A stretch of DNA of 63,021 nt, filler included, from Octopus bimaculoides (taxonomy: Eukaryota): assembly GCF_001194135.2 (NCBI RefSeq). It is 3 parts of 3 records of this genome, joined end to end, with 100 filler letters (N's around TTAATTAATTAA, not from the genome) between each part and the next. Parts side by side here need not be neighbours in the genome. Positions count along the whole stretch, not along the records: positions 61,072 to 63,021 come from NC_068995.1; 2 more parts are not named here. The stretch is one strand, 5' to 3'. Shown here piece after piece: positions 61,976 to 63,021 of this stretch. Numbering within the stretch: position 1 is the stretch's first letter; each line of letters starts with the position of its first letter. The translations under genes were made by a program, and so were the position numbers. The notes under the pieces were generated by a model. The model was given only the letters and a program-made list of their open reading frames with translations, had not been told where the DNA came from and searched no databases.

Positions 61976-62724
61976 AGATAGCAATACCACCTCCACACAC
62001 AAATATATATATATATATATACATAAGATAAGTAATTATTTAATTCTAGCATTGTATGACATTATTTTAAAATGTTCATTTGTTTTCCTAAAAATGGAGA
62101 CAATGAATCATGGAATGAATGAATAGAAGGGTTTATTTTATTTTTTATTTCCATGAATTTATCTTTGTAATTTTTCTCATTCGTATCTCTATTTCCGTGT
62201 TCTTCTTCGTCATGCAAAAGCTAAAAGTAGCATTATGGTGTACGTGTAAAACAAAGTGATCAAAAATAGATAGAAGATGATCTGGCAGTGTTTTGAATCT
62301 TACTTGTCTTACTAGCACATGAATACAATTATTTTTGAATCATGTTAGTGCAATAATGTACAAAATGCATGTAACGTTCAGCAATTACTAGGTTGATAGC
62401 GATGAGATGAAACACGTGTAGGGATTTGAAATAGAGCCTGTTCTTTCCATCTTCCCGTATTAAATATTTTTTTCTAAATATACCAAGGATACTTGCAGAT
62501 TTCCACATGTATATCTAATAAAAATGTGAAGCCCTACTGTATAATAATATCTGGTAGCCGATACTCGAAAACACGCTGTATGGTTATTACCCAAATAATA
62601 TTAAGTAAATATATGTGTGAGTTTCTTTGTTTATATATTTGCTTACAACAGTTCTTCTTTATCTTGTGGGCCTGTATAAGTTTGTGTATACATATTTATA
62701 TACATGTGTGTGTGTATGCCTGCA

Positions 62725-62760
62725 TTTTGTCCGGCGTGCTAACGATTCTGCCTGCTCGCT
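62725..62760 (-). mobile_element. SINE family A 5' head fragment
   Basis: Reverse complement gcgagcaggcagaatcgttagcacgccggacaaaa. Confidence 0.6.
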
Positions 62761-63021
62761 TCCTTATGCAAGTGAGTAATAATATATGCATATGGTATAA
62801 CTAAAAACAAAATTAAGTTGAATTTTAAGACCTGGTTTCCATATAACAGATCATAAAATTACGAAAAATCATATCACGTAGAAACGCCTCGTCGATTTCC
62901 GAAGCAGATTTATAAAACAACTAATCATTGTATTCCTATATAATCAGATATTTTTCAATCATTTTGCAAGAAAAAAATACGCAAGAATATTTACTCAAAG
63001 AAAGATATACAGAAATAAAAA

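Noticed and set aside
62395-62430. GAAAC-ACGT-GTA palindromic half-motif (similar halves near 7095 and 17226)
   Set aside because: No CUGANGA core or stem II upstream.

Overview
This is AT-rich, microsatellite-saturated eukaryotic intergenic or intronic DNA with many N gaps. The SINE families and repeat landscape point to an Octopus draft assembly (inference). I recognise no complete protein-coding gene, rRNA, true tRNA or CRISPR array, and almost all long ORFs in the track are microsatellite or gap artefacts. The window holds: (1) about 25 copies or fragments of at least four SINE families, labelled A-D here, plus a recurrent RTE-type 3' tail repeat (E); (2) many 5'-truncated R4/Dong-clade LINE fragments with a restriction-like endonuclease, often embedded in (TAA)n; (3) RTE and CR1/Jockey-type LINE remnants; (4) mariner/Tc1 remnants and two copies of a mariner MITE; (5) a ~400-bp foldback. 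The most notable signal is a set of minimal type-I hammerhead ribozyme motifs with palindromic stem III, the architecture known from Penelope-like elements. They lie at 9045-9157(-), 35085-35129(+), 36814-36901(-), 38155-38200(+) and 59425-59520(+, two copies), with a partial one at 59998-60043(-). Two loci with unrelated stems carry a non-canonical CUGUUGA core (A6U). A few short AG/GT-bounded candidate exons are listed at low confidence. Boundaries of degenerate repeats are approximate (about 10-30 bp).
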